This document shows positions 9,421 to 19,873 of a stretch of DNA of 57,848 nucleotides, in pieces (position 1 is the first letter of the stretch; each line of letters starts with the position of its first letter). The DNA is taken from assembly GCA_045577755.1 (NCBI GenBank), contig JAZNJA010000246.1:1-57848 (forward strand), in the 5' to 3' direction. Origin of the DNA: Eubacteriales bacterium (GTDB lineage: Bacteria; Bacillota; Clostridia; Oscillospirales; CAG-272). The notes beneath the pieces were generated by a model. It saw only the letters and a list, made by a program, of their open reading frames with translations. It was not told where the DNA came from and did not search any database. The translations under genes and the position numbers were made by a program.

Positions 9421-11823
9421 ATGAAGTACGATTTTTCCGCCATTGAAAAGAAATGGCAGCAGCGTTGGGACGACGCCAAGATCTTCTGCGCAGAAGACCA
9501 TAGCGATAAGCCCAAGTTCTACGGTCTCGTGGAGTTCCCCTACCCCTCGGGTATTGGTATGCACGTGGGCCACATCAAGGCCTACTCGGGCCTGGAGGTC
9601 ATCGGCCGTAAGAGAAGAATGCAGGGCTACAACGTCCTGTTCCCCATCGGCTTTGACGCCTTCGGTCTGCCCACCGAGAACTCCGCCATCAAGACGGGCA
9701 TCCACCCCCGTGAGCTGACCGACCGCAACATCAACAAGTTCACCTCCCAGCTCCGCCGCGTAGGCTTCTCCTTCGACTGGGACCGTGTCATCGACACCAC
9801 CGAGGAGGACTACTACAAGTGGACCCAGTTCATCTTCCTGAAGATGTTCGAGCAGGGCCTGGCCTTCCGTGACACCGCTATGGTCAACTACTGCCCCCAC
9901 TGTAAGGTGGTGCTCTCCAACGAGGACTCCCAGGGCGGTAAGTGCGACATCTGCCACTCCGACATCATCCAGAAGTCCAAGGACGTCTGGTACCTCCGCA
10001 TCACCGAGTATGCCGACAAGCTCCTCCAGGGCCTGGACGGGGTGGACTACCTCCCCAACATCAAGATGCAGCAGGTCAACTGGATCGGTAAGTCCCGCGG
10101 CGCGTTTGTCAACTTCGGCCTGACGAACACCGACGAGACCCTCCGCATCTACACCACCCGCCCCGACACCCTCTTCGGCGTGACCTTCATGGTCATAGCC
10201 CCCGAGCATCCCATCATCGAGAAGATGAAGGATCGCATCGAGAACATGGACGAGGTGGAGGCCTACCAGATTGAATGCACCAAGAAGACCGAGTTCGAGC
10301 GCACCCAGCTGGTCAAGGACAAGACCGGTGTCTGCCTGAAGGGTCTGAAGGGAATCAACCCCGTCAACGGCAAGGAGATCCCCATCTACATCGCCGACTA
10401 CGTCATGATGGGCTACGGTACCGGCGCTATCATGGCCGTCCCCGCCCACGACGAGCGCGATTACGACTTCGCCAAGAAGTTCGGCATCGACATCATCGAG
10501 GTCATCCGGGGCGGTAACATCGAGGAGGCCGCCTACACCGGCGACGGCCCTATGGTCAACTCCGAGTTCCTCAACGCCTACGATAACAAGGCCGACTCCA
10601 TCGCCGCCATGATCGAGTGGCTGCAGGAGAAGGGAATCGGCGAGGGCGGTGTTCAGTTCAAGATGAAGGACTGGGCCTTCAACCGCCAGCGTTACTGGGG
10701 CGAGCCTATTCCGATCGTCCATTGCCCCTCTTGTGGAATGGTCCCCGTCCCCTACGAGGAGCTGCCCCTGCGTCTGCCTCCCGTAACCGAGTTCGAGCCC
10801 GGTCAGGGCGGTGAGTCCCCTCTGGCCAAGCTGGACTATTTCGTCAACTGCAAGTGCCCCAAGTGCGGCGGCGACGCCAAGCGGGAGACCGACACCATGC
10901 CCCAGTGGGCAGGCTCCTCCTGGTACTTCCTGCGCTACGTCGACCCCCACAACTCCGAGGCCCTGGCCGATATGGACAAGCTCCGCTATTGGATGCCCGT
11001 TGACTGGTACAACGGCGGTATGGAGCACGTCACCCGCCACCTGATCTACTCCCGCTTCTGGCACCACTTCCTCTACGACCTGGGTCTGGTCCCCACCGCC
11101 GAGCCCTACGCCAAGCGCACCGCCCAGGGTCTGATCCTGGGTCCCGACGGCGAGAAAATGTCCAAGTCCCGCGGTAACGTGGTGGACCCCAACGACGTGG
11201 TGGACGATATGGGTGCCGACGTGCTTCGCGTCTACATCCTCTTCATGGGCGACTACGGCGCGGCTGCTCCCTGGTCGGATAACTCCATGAGAGGCTGTAA
11301 GCGCTTCCTGGAGCGCGTGGCCGACCTCCCCTCCCTGGTCAAGGGCGGCGAGGGCAACGCCAAACTGGAGTCCTCCTTCCACAAGACCTTAAAGAAGGTC
11401 ACCTCCGACATCGAGGAGATGAAGTTCAACACCGCCATCGCGGCCATGATGGGTCTCTTGAACGAGGTCTTCGAGGTTGGTTCCATCACCAAGGATCAGC
11501 TCTCCATGTTCGTCCGTATGCTCTGCCCCTTCGCGCCTCACCTCTGTGAGGAGATGTGGGAGAATATGGGTGGTAAGGGATTTGCCTCCATGGCTCAGTG
11601 GCCCGAGTTTGATGAGGCCAAGACCATTGATTCCACCATCGAGCTGGCCGTCCAGATCAACGGCAAGGTCCGCGGCAAGGTCACCCTGCCCATGAACGCC
11701 GATAAGGACACCGCTCTGGCCGCTGTCAAGACCGACGAGAAGCTCTTCGCGTTGATCGATGGCAAGACCGTGGTCAAGGAGATCGTGGTTCCCAACAAGA
11801 TCATCAACATCGTGGTCAAGTAA
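9421..11823 (+). CDS. leuS: Leucine--tRNA ligase
   Basis: FPYPSG..MHVGH, YTTRPDTLFG, GTGAIMAVPAHD editing domain, KMSKS; Leu T-box upstream. Confidence 0.97.
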   Translation: MKYDFSAIEKKWQQRWDDAKIFCAEDHSDKPKFYGLVEFPYPSGIGMHVGHIKAYSGLEVIGRKRRMQGYNVLFPIGFDAFGLPTENSAIKTGIHPRELTDRNINKFTSQLRRVGFSFDWDRVIDTTEEDYYKWTQFIFLKMFEQGLAFRDTAMVNYCPHCKVVLSNEDSQGGKCDICHSDIIQKSKDVWYLRITEYADKLLQGLDGVDYLPNIKMQQVNWIGKSRGAFVNFGLTNTDETLRIYTTRPDTLFGVTFMVIAPEHPIIEKMKDRIENMDEVEAYQIECTKKTEFERTQLVKDKTGVCLKGLKGINPVNGKEIPIYIADYVMMGYGTGAIMAVPAHDERDYDFAKKFGIDIIEVIRGGNIEEAAYTGDGPMVNSEFLNAYDNKADSIAAMIEWLQEKGIGEGGVQFKMKDWAFNRQRYWGEPIPIVHCPSCGMVPVPYEELPLRLPPVTEFEPGQGGESPLAKLDYFVNCKCPKCGGDAKRETDTMPQWAGSSWYFLRYVDPHNSEALADMDKLRYWMPVDWYNGGMEHVTRHLIYSRFWHHFLYDLGLVPTAEPYAKRTAQGLILGPDGEKMSKSRGNVVDPNDVVDDMGADVLRVYILFMGDYGAAAPWSDNSMRGCKRFLERVADLPSLVKGGEGNAKLESSFHKTLKKVTSDIEEMKFNTAIAAMMGLLNEVFEVGSITKDQLSMFVRMLCPFAPHLCEEMWENMGGKGFASMAQWPEFDEAKTIDSTIELAVQINGKVRGKVTLPMNADKDTALAAVKTDEKLFALIDGKTVVKEIVVPNKIINIVVK

Positions 11824-11835
11824 ATCACGGAATCG

Positions 11836-11866
11836 AAAACCCACAGGTCAGCGACCTGTGGGTTTT
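11836..11866. terminator. Bidirectional intrinsic terminator
   Basis: AAAACCCACAGGTC-AGC-GACCTGTGGGTTTT between convergent genes. Confidence 0.85.
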
Positions 11867-11881
11867 GTTGTGAGAAAGGTT

Positions 11882-12835
11882 TTACAGAGACACGATCCAT
11901 TGGGCGATCCACAGCACGATCGGCATGGTTCCAACCGAGAGCAGGGAGGAGGTTCCTACCGTCTGGGAGGCGTACCCCGCGTTCAGCCCGTAGAGCTCGG
12001 AGAACATGGTGATGGAGGAGGCCGCGGGCAAGGCCGCCTCCACCGTGGCGATCAGCACCATCTGGTCGGGAAGACCAATGAGCTTGCAGGCCACGCAGAC
12101 CACAAGGGGGATGGCGATGAGCTTGAGGAAGGAAAAGTAGTAGATCTTACCCGAGCCGAAGATCTGCTTGGCGGTTCTCGTGGCCAACAGGGCGCCCGTG
12201 ATCAGAAGGGAGATGGGGGTGCAGAGGTTGGAGAGGTACATCATGAACTTGGAAAGGAAGGCGGGAAGGGCGAAGCCGGGGAAGGGAATGGCCAGCATGT
12301 AGATCAGCAGACCGATCAGACAGGGGACCGAGCCCAGGTTGATGAAGATCTTCCGCACCGTCAGCTTGATATCCGACCGCTTGCGGGCCAGGATGGCGAT
12401 GCCCCAGGACCAGATAAAGAGGTGGAAGCTGATGTTGTAGAAGGCGGCCAGGAACAAACCCTTGGCGCCGAACAGAGCCTCCATGATGGGGAAGCCGATG
12501 AAGCCGCCGTTGGTGAACATGAGAGAGAACTCGGTGATCTTACGCTCGTCCGGATCCTTGAAGCCCTTGCAGAGGAAGAAGGCCATGACGCCCATGACGG
12601 TATGCAGGATCATACCCAGACCGATGATGATGAGGCCGTCGGTGAGGTTCTCATAGGAGAACTCCGCTTCGGTCAGGGCCGAGACGATCATCATGGGCTG
12701 GCCGATCTTGATGATGAGGGAGGAGAGCCGCTTGGAGGCCACGTCGTCGATGATCCCGCGCTTGCGGGCGAAGAAGCCGCAGGCCATGAGGAGAAACATG
12801 GTGGCGATGATGGTGAGTAATGCGGAGAAATTCAT
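11882..12835 (-). CDS. AEC family transporter
   Basis: About 10 hydrophobic segments, NGGFIGFPI, PISLLITGA, ALPAAS. Confidence 0.85.
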   Translation of the reverse strand: MNFSALLTIIATMFLLMACGFFARKRGIIDDVASKRLSSLIIKIGQPMMIVSALTEAEFSYENLTDGLIIIGLGMILHTVMGVMAFFLCKGFKDPDERKITEFSLMFTNGGFIGFPIMEALFGAKGLFLAAFYNISFHLFIWSWGIAILARKRSDIKLTVRKIFINLGSVPCLIGLLIYMLAIPFPGFALPAFLSKFMMYLSNLCTPISLLITGALLATRTAKQIFGSGKIYYFSFLKLIAIPLVVCVACKLIGLPDQMVLIATVEAALPAASSITMFSELYGLNAGYASQTVGTSSLLSVGTMPIVLWIAQWIVSL

Positions 12836-12856
12836 ATTCGTTTCCTTTCGGGGATA

Positions 12857-13423
12857 TTACGCTTTTGTCAATTGATCCAGCTGTTCCTTGATCCGCTCAA
12901 AGTCCAGAAGCATATCCTCCTTCTTCGCGCTGTCGCGGAGAAGGGCGGCGGGATGGTACACGGCGGTCATCAGCACTCCGCCCTTGCGGATAAACTGCCC
13001 ATGCTCGCGGGTGATACGGAAGTCGGGCTTGATCAACCGCATGGCCGAGATACGGCCCAGGCAGACGATGATCTTGGGCTGAATGAGCTTCACCTGCTCC
13101 CGAAGATACCCGATGCAGGCGTCCTCCTCTTCGGGGAGCGGGTCGCGGTTATGGGGAGGACGGCATTTGAGGACGTTGGCGATGTAGACCGACTCACGTG
13201 GAATGCCCACCGCAAAGAGGTAGCGGTCCAACAGCTTGCCCGCCGCGCCCACGAAGGGGATGCCCTGCTCGTCCTCGGCCTGTCCGGGCGCCTCGCCCAC
13301 GAACATGAGATCAGCCTCACGGCTCCCTACGCCGAAAACCAAATTGGTGCGGGTCTTGCCCAAGGGACAGCTTCGGCAGTCCTGACAGCGGGATTCCAAT
13401 TGATTCCATAATGCTTCGGACAT
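12857..13423 (-). CDS. Uracil-DNA glycosylase family 4
   Basis: CxxC Fe-S ligands, GEAPG, PFVG, KCRPP.NR, YHPAA; start at ATG after GGAGG. Confidence 0.92.
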   Translation of the reverse strand: MSEALWNQLESRCQDCRSCPLGKTRTNLVFGVGSREADLMFVGEAPGQAEDEQGIPFVGAAGKLLDRYLFAVGIPRESVYIANVLKCRPPHNRDPLPEEEDACIGYLREQVKLIQPKIIVCLGRISAMRLIKPDFRITREHGQFIRKGGVLMTAVYHPAALLRDSAKKEDMLLDFERIKEQLDQLTKA

Positions 13424-13447
13424 GGCTACCTCCAAAAGTATTCCCCT

Positions 13448-14380
13448 TTAGGGGGATTTTTTCAGATTTTTCTCGTAAAACGCCATGACCTTCTCAAGCC
13501 GATGGTACACCCCCGACTTGGACACGGGCGGGAAGTGAAGCTCCGCCAGCTCGGAGAGGGTGATATCGGGGTTGTTCAGCCGCAGGCGGGCGGTGAACTG
13601 AAGCTCCTCCGGGAGGGCGGGGATAAGGTCATGATCCTCCAGGTACTGAATGGCGGCCAGGTGCTTAGCCCCCGTGCGGATGGCGCGGTTTATGTTCTCG
13701 GTGACGCAGTTGGTGGCGCGGTTCTCGTCGTTGCGGATGGAGCGCTCGATCTGGGCGTTGAAGAAATCGAACACCGAGGAGGTGGCGCCCACAAAGGCCA
13801 GAAGCTCCTGGATGGTGTTGCCGCTCTTGAAGAACAGACCTGCAAGGCCGCCGCGCATAGTCATCCCCGCCTCATAGCCCGATTCGGCCAGCAGGATGCG
13901 CAAAGGCTCCACCCGCCCGTCGGGGGAGAGCTTGATCTCCAGGTGGTATGACTTGGCGGGATCGTTGACGGTACCGCGGGCGATGAAGACCCCCCGCAAA
14001 AAGTGCGCGGCGCAGTGCTCACACCTGAAGCCCATGCAGCGGGTCAAGGTCTCGCACGCGGCCTCCTCCTCCGGCAGGTTCATCATGGAACGGAGATTCT
14101 TGGCGGCGGCCTTGTAGTCAAAGCTCACATGAGCGTAGCGGTGCGCCCCTCGGGACTCGTGGGTGACGGTGGCCTCGCGGGAAAACAGGGTATGTATGAG
14201 GCTGAGGGCCTGCTCATGGGGATGAGCGGAGGCGTCCTTGATCACGGGAAAGGTGGCGGTAACGGTCTCCCCCTCTGCCGCGGCATCATAGATGAGCCCG
14301 TACAGGTAGGCGCGGCGGCAGCACAGAGGCTTAATGGGCAAAAGCATCAGCTCGTCGCGGATCCTTGATGAAAAAGACAT
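13448..14380 (-). CDS. whiA: DNA-binding protein WhiA
   Basis: FLRGVF..RGTVNDP.KSYHLEI, NR.TNC...N, C-terminal HTH LSELAE...PVSKSGV.HRL. Confidence 0.9.
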   Translation of the reverse strand: MSFSSRIRDELMLLPIKPLCCRRAYLYGLIYDAAAEGETVTATFPVIKDASAHPHEQALSLIHTLFSREATVTHESRGAHRYAHVSFDYKAAAKNLRSMMNLPEEEAACETLTRCMGFRCEHCAAHFLRGVFIARGTVNDPAKSYHLEIKLSPDGRVEPLRILLAESGYEAGMTMRGGLAGLFFKSGNTIQELLAFVGATSSVFDFFNAQIERSIRNDENRATNCVTENINRAIRTGAKHLAAIQYLEDHDLIPALPEELQFTARLRLNNPDITLSELAELHFPPVSKSGVYHRLEKVMAFYEKNLKKSP

Positions 14381-14406
14381 GGTAACTCCTTTGCGGTGGA
14401 TGGCGG

Positions 14407-15405
14407 TCACCAGCCGGTGTCCCCGTCGGTGCCGTCACAGATGTAGCGGATCTCACATTCCAGGCGGTAGCGGTACAGCTCCTCCACCCGATCCTGGACA
14501 AAGCGCACCAGGGCGCGGACGTCCTCAGCGGTGGCGCCCCCCTCGTTGACGATGAAGCCCGCGTGCTTTCCCGATACGACGGCGCCGCCCACGCGGGATT
14601 CCTTCAGCCCGGCCTTGTCGATGAGACGGGCGGCATAATCGCCCACGGGGCGCTTGAACACGCTTCCCGCCGAGGGCTCCTTAGGCTGCTTTTCCGCGCG
14701 GCTTTTGCGGTTCTCGCGGATCTGGTTGCGGATGGCCTCACCGTTTCCGTAGGATAGGGAAAAGACACCGCTGAGCACGATCCAGTCGGGATGCTCCATG
14801 AAAATGCTGTGTCGGTAATCCAGCTGCATTTCGCTGTCCCGGAGCCGACCCACCTCACCGCTGGACAGATCAAAGTAATCGGCGGAGAGCAGGATGCGCT
14901 CCACGTCGGAGCCGTAGGCCCCCGCGTTCATGACGATGGCACCGCCCACCGAGCCCGGAATGCCGCAGGCGAACTCCAGCCCCGAAAGCTCCCGATCCGC
15001 GTCGGCGCAGACGTTGGAGAGCTGAACCAGGGAAACACCGCATTCGGCGTGGACCTGGCAGTGGCTGTGCCGGCGGCGGAACTGCTCGCGATCCGGGGCG
15101 GCGTCCTCCTCAAAGACGACGCGCTTGGCGCGGGAGGTCAGCACCATGAGTCCGCGGAAGCCCCGATCCGAGACCAGAACGTTGGAGCCTCTGCCCAGTA
15201 CGCAAAGAGGGCACCGATTGCCCAGCTCCCGCCACAGGGACAGGGTCAGGATCAGCTGGCTTCGTCCCGTGGGCCAGACGGCCAGAGCCGCGCTTCCGCC
15301 GATCCTGAAGGTGGTATGACGGGACATATCCTCGTCCCAGCTGCAGTGAATGCCATGGGCACGGAAGGCCTCGTACAGGGCTTCCAGCTCTTTTTGGTAC
15401 AGCAT
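14407..15405 (-). CDS. murB: UDP-N-acetylmuramate dehydrogenase
   Basis: HTTFRIGG, GRGSNVL, GIPGSVGGA..MNAGAYG, SAGSVFKRP, KHAGFIVN. Confidence 0.95.
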   Translation of the reverse strand: MLYQKELEALYEAFRAHGIHCSWDEDMSRHTTFRIGGSAALAVWPTGRSQLILTLSLWRELGNRCPLCVLGRGSNVLVSDRGFRGLMVLTSRAKRVVFEEDAAPDREQFRRRHSHCQVHAECGVSLVQLSNVCADADRELSGLEFACGIPGSVGGAIVMNAGAYGSDVERILLSADYFDLSSGEVGRLRDSEMQLDYRHSIFMEHPDWIVLSGVFSLSYGNGEAIRNQIRENRKSRAEKQPKEPSAGSVFKRPVGDYAARLIDKAGLKESRVGGAVVSGKHAGFIVNEGGATAEDVRALVRFVQDRVEELYRYRLECEIRYICDGTDGDTGW

Positions 15406-15496
15406 ACGGCTCCTTTCCCGCGCGGCGGCGCGTCATTTCGTACTTGTCTTGTCCGGATGGCCGTTATAGCGCGGCGCGGACGCCAGAGGCTGCCTC

Positions 15497-16183
15497 TCAG
15501 CCCAGGAGGATGGGCAGGATCTCACTCAGTCGGTTGACGGTATAGGTGATGGGCATATCGGGCGGGGCGGTCTTGCCGCGGGGGGTGAACCAACAGGTAT
15601 CCAGCCCCGCGTTGATGCCACCGCGGATGTCCGAGGACAGGGAATCACCGATAACGATGGCCTCTGCGGGATCGAAATCAGGGATCGCCGCCGCCACCTG
15701 ATCAAAGAAACGCTTTTCGGGCTTGGCACAGCCCATCTGCTCCGAGATGAAGCAATGGTCAAAGTAAGGGGCCAGCGAGCATCCGCTGAAGCGGCTCTGC
15801 TGTACCGCCGTGATGCCGTTGGTCACGATATACAGCCTGCATTTCCCGTGGAGAGCCCGGATCAGCTCCAAAGCACCCTCCAGAAGGCAGGTCTGCTGAC
15901 CCAAGGTGGCTTCGTAATCACGGGCCATTTGTACGGGGTCCCCGCCGTAGCCAATGGAGGCAAAGAAATCCCCGAACCGCTCGGTCTTGAGACGGTCGCG
16001 GGTGGTCAGACCCAGCTCCAGCCGCTTCCAGTGTCCGTCGTTGATGGCGGAATAGGCCGCTACGGTATCCTCGTCCCGAGGGAGTCCGCGGACAGCGAGA
16101 CAAGCGCAGAGAGCGTCGTGCTCGGCGCGGGTGAAGTCCAGAAGCGTGTTGTCAGCGTCGAATAAAGCGATGCGGTAGGGCAT
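15497..16183 (-). CDS. YjjG-family HAD nucleotidase
   Basis: FDADNTLLDF, VTNG, KP, IGDSLSSDIRGG. Confidence 0.88.
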   Translation of the reverse strand: MPYRIALFDADNTLLDFTRAEHDALCACLAVRGLPRDEDTVAAYSAINDGHWKRLELGLTTRDRLKTERFGDFFASIGYGGDPVQMARDYEATLGQQTCLLEGALELIRALHGKCRLYIVTNGITAVQQSRFSGCSLAPYFDHCFISEQMGCAKPEKRFFDQVAAAIPDFDPAEAIVIGDSLSSDIRGGINAGLDTCWFTPRGKTAPPDMPITYTVNRLSEILPILLG

Positions 16184-16339
16184 GGCGGCTCCTTTCCAAG
16201 GGTATGCTGCATGGGAAATGCGTGTGAATACTCATCTTATATGATACCACAAATCCTGTCGTTTTGCAAGGGCCTGAAGCGGAATTTCGGGGAGATTTAT
16301 CAAAAAAAACCACGGCCGCGATTTTCAAGCCCAAGTCCC

Positions 16340-16368
16340 TTGACAAAGCTCATCGGGCGTGATAGAAT
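16340..16368 (+). promoter_or_regulatory. sigma-A type promoter
   Basis: TTGACA-17-TAGAAT with TG extension. Confidence 0.65.
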
Positions 16369-16405
16369 AAAGAAGGCAGCCCCAATGAAAATGAAGGAGA
16401 AGCCT

Positions 16406-17377
16406 ATGTCCCGATCCTACTACCTGGCCGCCGACGGAGGCGGCAGTAAGCTGCAGATTATTCTGTACGACGAAAATTACCGCGTCATCCGCACAGGCCG
16501 GGTGGCAGGCGTCAATACCCTCTACAAGCCCGCCGAAACGGTGCGCGCCAATATCGAGGGGGTCATGGAGTCCCTGCTGCGGGGGGAGGACGGGGATGAG
16601 CCCGTCACCTCCCTCGCCGCCGCCGATCTCTGTATGCTGGGGGCAGGTGACGTGATGCGGGAGATCCTGTCCCGCCTGGATCGCGTGGGAGAGATCACCT
16701 TCCACAGCGAGCCCGTGATCGGTCTGGCCGCCTGCCTCCGCACCGATGGCGCCGTTGCCCTGTCGGGTACAGGCTCCGATGCCTTCTTCGTCAAGGATAG
16801 CCAATCAATCCAATCCGTCGGCGGCTGGGGCCCCCTCCTGGGAGACGAGGGGAGCGGCTACGATATCGGCCTCAACGCCCTGAAGGCCGCCATCTACTCC
16901 TACGACGGCCGCCGCGACAGATCCATGCTCTACGATCTGGTCATGGAGAGCTGGAGCCTGGACAGTCTCTGGGGCATCGTCCACCACCTGGCGGGAAACC
17001 CCGACGCCCGCCACGAGGTGGCCTCCGCCGCGCGGCTCTGCTCAAAGGCCGCCCACGCGGGTGATCGCGCCGCCCTCCGCATCTACGAGCACGCCGCTCT
17101 GGAGATGTTCCTCCAAGCCCGCACCGTCATCGAGCAGCACCGTAGCCGGTGGGACGGGACCGTGGTGGTCATGGGCGGAGCCTGGAAGGGCCATCCCCGT
17201 ATGTTTGAGGTCTTCCGAAGGGAAGTGGAGCTGCTGTTCCCCGAAGCCAGGGTATCCCTTCCCCTTTACGAGCCTGTGGTGGGCTGTGCCGTTCTGCGGG
17301 GACTTCGGGTCGGCAAGACCCTCCCCGAGCTTGAGACGCTCCTGGCCCGCGGATTCACCCAATTCCGATATCAGTAA
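16406..17377 (+). CDS. BadF/BcrAD-family sugar kinase (GlcNAc/MurNAc kinase-like)
   Basis: DGGGSK, SGTGS, GGWG.LLGDEGSG; start at ATG after AAGGAG. Confidence 0.85.
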   Translation: MSRSYYLAADGGGSKLQIILYDENYRVIRTGRVAGVNTLYKPAETVRANIEGVMESLLRGEDGDEPVTSLAAADLCMLGAGDVMREILSRLDRVGEITFHSEPVIGLAACLRTDGAVALSGTGSDAFFVKDSQSIQSVGGWGPLLGDEGSGYDIGLNALKAAIYSYDGRRDRSMLYDLVMESWSLDSLWGIVHHLAGNPDARHEVASAARLCSKAAHAGDRAALRIYEHAALEMFLQARTVIEQHRSRWDGTVVVMGGAWKGHPRMFEVFRREVELLFPEARVSLPLYEPVVGCAVLRGLRVGKTLPELETLLARGFTQFRYQ

Positions 17378-17392
17378 AGAGAGGTAACCGAT

Positions 17393-18136
17393 ATGTCCGT
17401 TATCCAAGAATACTACGACCGTATCAGCGAGATTTTGGCCGAGGTCTTCGACAAAGAGGCCGAGAACATGGAAAAGGCCGCCGAGGTCCTGGCCGCCGCC
17501 AACGAGGAGGGGCACTCCATCTTCGGCTTCGGCTGTAACCACGCAGGCCTCATCACTCTGGAGCTCTTCTACCGCACGGGGGGCATGGTGACCGTCAACC
17601 CCATCCGCGCCCCCGGCATGATGCTGGAGCTCTCTCCCCCCACCATGACCAGCGAGATGGAGCGCATCCCCGGGTACGGTAAGATCATTTTGAACAACGA
17701 GCCCTGTAAGGAGGGCGACGTCCTCATGATCCATTCGGTCTCAGGCCGAAACGCTGTTACCATCGACATGGCCGAGTGCGCCCGCGAGAAGGGAATGACC
17801 GTCATCGTGGTCACCAACATGAATACAGCCACCTCGGTCACATCCCGCCATCCCTCGGGGAAAATGCTCCACGACTTTGCCTCCATCCTCATCGACAACC
17901 ACGGCGACCGCGGTGACGCCACGGTACAGCTTCAGGGCTTTGAGCAGAAGCTGGCCTCCTCCTCCACCGTGGTGGGCGCCGCTATCCTCAACGCCGTCAC
18001 CGCCCGCGCCTCCGAGCTCCTCTGGGAGAAGGGCATCACGCCTCCCGTATTCATGAGCGGCAACATTGACGGCGGCGATGCCTACAATAAGGCCGTCATC
18101 GCCGCCCATAAGGACAATATTTTTTACGTGAGATAA
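17393..18136 (+). CDS. SIS-domain protein (UPF0309-like)
   Basis: FGCNHA, ELFYRTGG, HSVSGRN, SRHPSGK, PPVFMSGN. Confidence 0.85.
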   Translation: MSVIQEYYDRISEILAEVFDKEAENMEKAAEVLAAANEEGHSIFGFGCNHAGLITLELFYRTGGMVTVNPIRAPGMMLELSPPTMTSEMERIPGYGKIILNNEPCKEGDVLMIHSVSGRNAVTIDMAECAREKGMTVIVVTNMNTATSVTSRHPSGKMLHDFASILIDNHGDRGDATVQLQGFEQKLASSSTVVGAAILNAVTARASELLWEKGITPPVFMSGNIDGGDAYNKAVIAAHKDNIFYVR

Positions 18137-18149
18137 AGGAGAAACAATC

Positions 18150-18797
18150 ATGCTGATCGACCGATACCACGAAGCCGTAGAAAACCTCTTGAAAACTGTC
18201 CGCGAGACCCAGAGAGACGCCATCTTCAAGGCCGGCGAGCTGGTGGCCGATGCCGTCGAGCAGGGCCATAAGATCTACCTCGGCCACATCGTCCACGGCA
18301 TTGAGATGGACCTCATCTACCGCGGCGGCGGTCCTATCTTTTACAAGGAATACAAGCCCGGCGAGACCGAATTGAAGCCCGGTGACGTCCTCTTCGTCTC
18401 CTCCGTGTCGGGCCGCACCAAATCCGTGGTGGACCTGGCCTGGGACTGTATGCAGAAGGGGATCACCGTCATTGCCCTGACCTCCATGGTTTACGCCTCC
18501 AAGGTGGAGCCCGTCCACGAGTCGGGCAAGAAGCTCCATGAGTTCGTCACCCTCGCCCTGGATAACTGCGCCCCCGCCGCCGAGGCCATGCTGGAGGTGG
18601 AGGGGATCGAGGCCCACTACGCCGCCTCGTCCGGTATTGCCTCGGACTACATCATGTGGAGCCTGACCTCGGTCTGCGTGGAGAAGATGCTCGCGGACGG
18701 CTTCACCCCCGGTATCCTCAAGTCCGCCAACTTCCCCGGCGGCAACGACTACAACAAGCAGGTCGTGGAGCCTCACTACGACGAGTTCGGCTGGTGA
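18150..18797 (+). CDS. Second, divergent SIS-domain protein (UPF0309-like)
   Basis: YRGGG, SSVSGRT, HESGKKL, PGILKSAN.PGG parallel to upstream paralogue. Confidence 0.8.
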   Translation: MLIDRYHEAVENLLKTVRETQRDAIFKAGELVADAVEQGHKIYLGHIVHGIEMDLIYRGGGPIFYKEYKPGETELKPGDVLFVSSVSGRTKSVVDLAWDCMQKGITVIALTSMVYASKVEPVHESGKKLHEFVTLALDNCAPAAEAMLEVEGIEAHYAASSGIASDYIMWSLTSVCVEKMLADGFTPGILKSANFPGGNDYNKQVVEPHYDEFGW

Positions 18798-18931
18798 TCC
18801 CCCAATAGGACAGACAGTACTCCGCCCACGGGGCGGGGTGCTGTTTTGACGTACGGCCCGCACGCGGGATCCCGTGCGCTGTCTTTGTCCCGAATGAATT
18901 GTAAATAAACTGTAAACATTCAAAATATCTC

Positions 18932-18960
18932 TTGCGCTTTGAAGCGATGTATGTTATAAT
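18932..18960 (+). promoter_or_regulatory. rpsB promoter
   Basis: TTGCGC-17-TATAAT with extended TG. Confidence 0.7.
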
Positions 18961-18991
18961 ACACGATGTGCGCAAACCGCACAGTAAAAAT

Positions 18992-19072
18992 ACACACACA
19001 GACGCAATCGGCGGTTCGGTGTCCCGGGACAGTCTCCCGCGGATCAGCCCGCACGTGCCTCTGTGGTGGAAA
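18992..19072 (+). promoter_or_regulatory. Probable rpsB (S2/t44-like) autoregulatory leader
   Basis: ACACACAC...CGGTG...GTGGTGGA structured 5' UTR upstream of rpsB. Confidence 0.5.
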
Positions 19073-19094
19073 AAACCGAAGGAGGACATAGGAA

Positions 19095-19823
19095 ATGTCT
19101 ATCATCACCATCAAGCAGCTGCTGGAAGCAGGTGTGCATTTCGGCCACCATACCCGCCGCTGGAACCCCAAGATGCAGGAGTACATCTTCACCGAGAGAA
19201 ACGGCATCTACATCATCGACCTGCAGAAGACCGTCAAGAAGTTCGAGGAGGCTTACAACTTCGTCCGTGAGCTCTCCGCACAGGGCGGCACCGTTCTGTT
19301 CGTCGGCACCAAGAAGCAGGCAGCCGAGGCCATCAAGGAAGAGGCTGAGCGCTGCGGTCAGTACTACGTCAACGTCCGTTGGCCCGGTGGTATGCTGACC
19401 AACTTCAAGACCATCAAGCGTTCCATCAACCGCCTGAACCAGCTCAACAAGATGCAGGAGGACGGCACCTTCGATCTGCTCCCCAAGAAGGAGGTCGCAG
19501 GTCTGCAGAAGGAGATCTTCGACATGGAGAAGTCCTACGGCGGTATCAAGACCATGGACAAGCTGCCCGACGCCATCTTCATCGTTGACCCCCACAAGGA
19601 GCACATCGCTGTTCTCGAGGCCAAGAAGCTGGGTATCCCCGTGATTGCTATCGTGGACACCAACTGCGATCCCGATGACGCCGACTACGTCATTCCCGGT
19701 AACGACGACGCTATCCGCGCCATCAAGCTGATCTCCTCCGTTATGGCTGACGCCGTGATCGAGGGCCGTCAGGGCGAGCAGACCGCTGAGGCTGAGACCG
19801 TCGAGGCTACCGACGCTGAGTAA
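19095..19823 (+). CDS. rpsB: 30S ribosomal protein S2
   Basis: [26 protein letters not shown]. Confidence 0.98.
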   Translation: MSIITIKQLLEAGVHFGHHTRRWNPKMQEYIFTERNGIYIIDLQKTVKKFEEAYNFVRELSAQGGTVLFVGTKKQAAEAIKEEAERCGQYYVNVRWPGGMLTNFKTIKRSINRLNQLNKMQEDGTFDLLPKKEVAGLQKEIFDMEKSYGGIKTMDKLPDAIFIVDPHKEHIAVLEAKKLGIPVIAIVDTNCDPDDADYVIPGNDDAIRAIKLISSVMADAVIEGRQGEQTAEAETVEATDAE

Positions 19824-19873
19824 TTTTCCGCGTTATTCCGCGCCCCTAAAATTCAATAAAGAGGTACAATATC

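Noticed and set aside
9370-11382. 670-aa minus-strand ORF
   Set aside because: Antisense shadow of leuS
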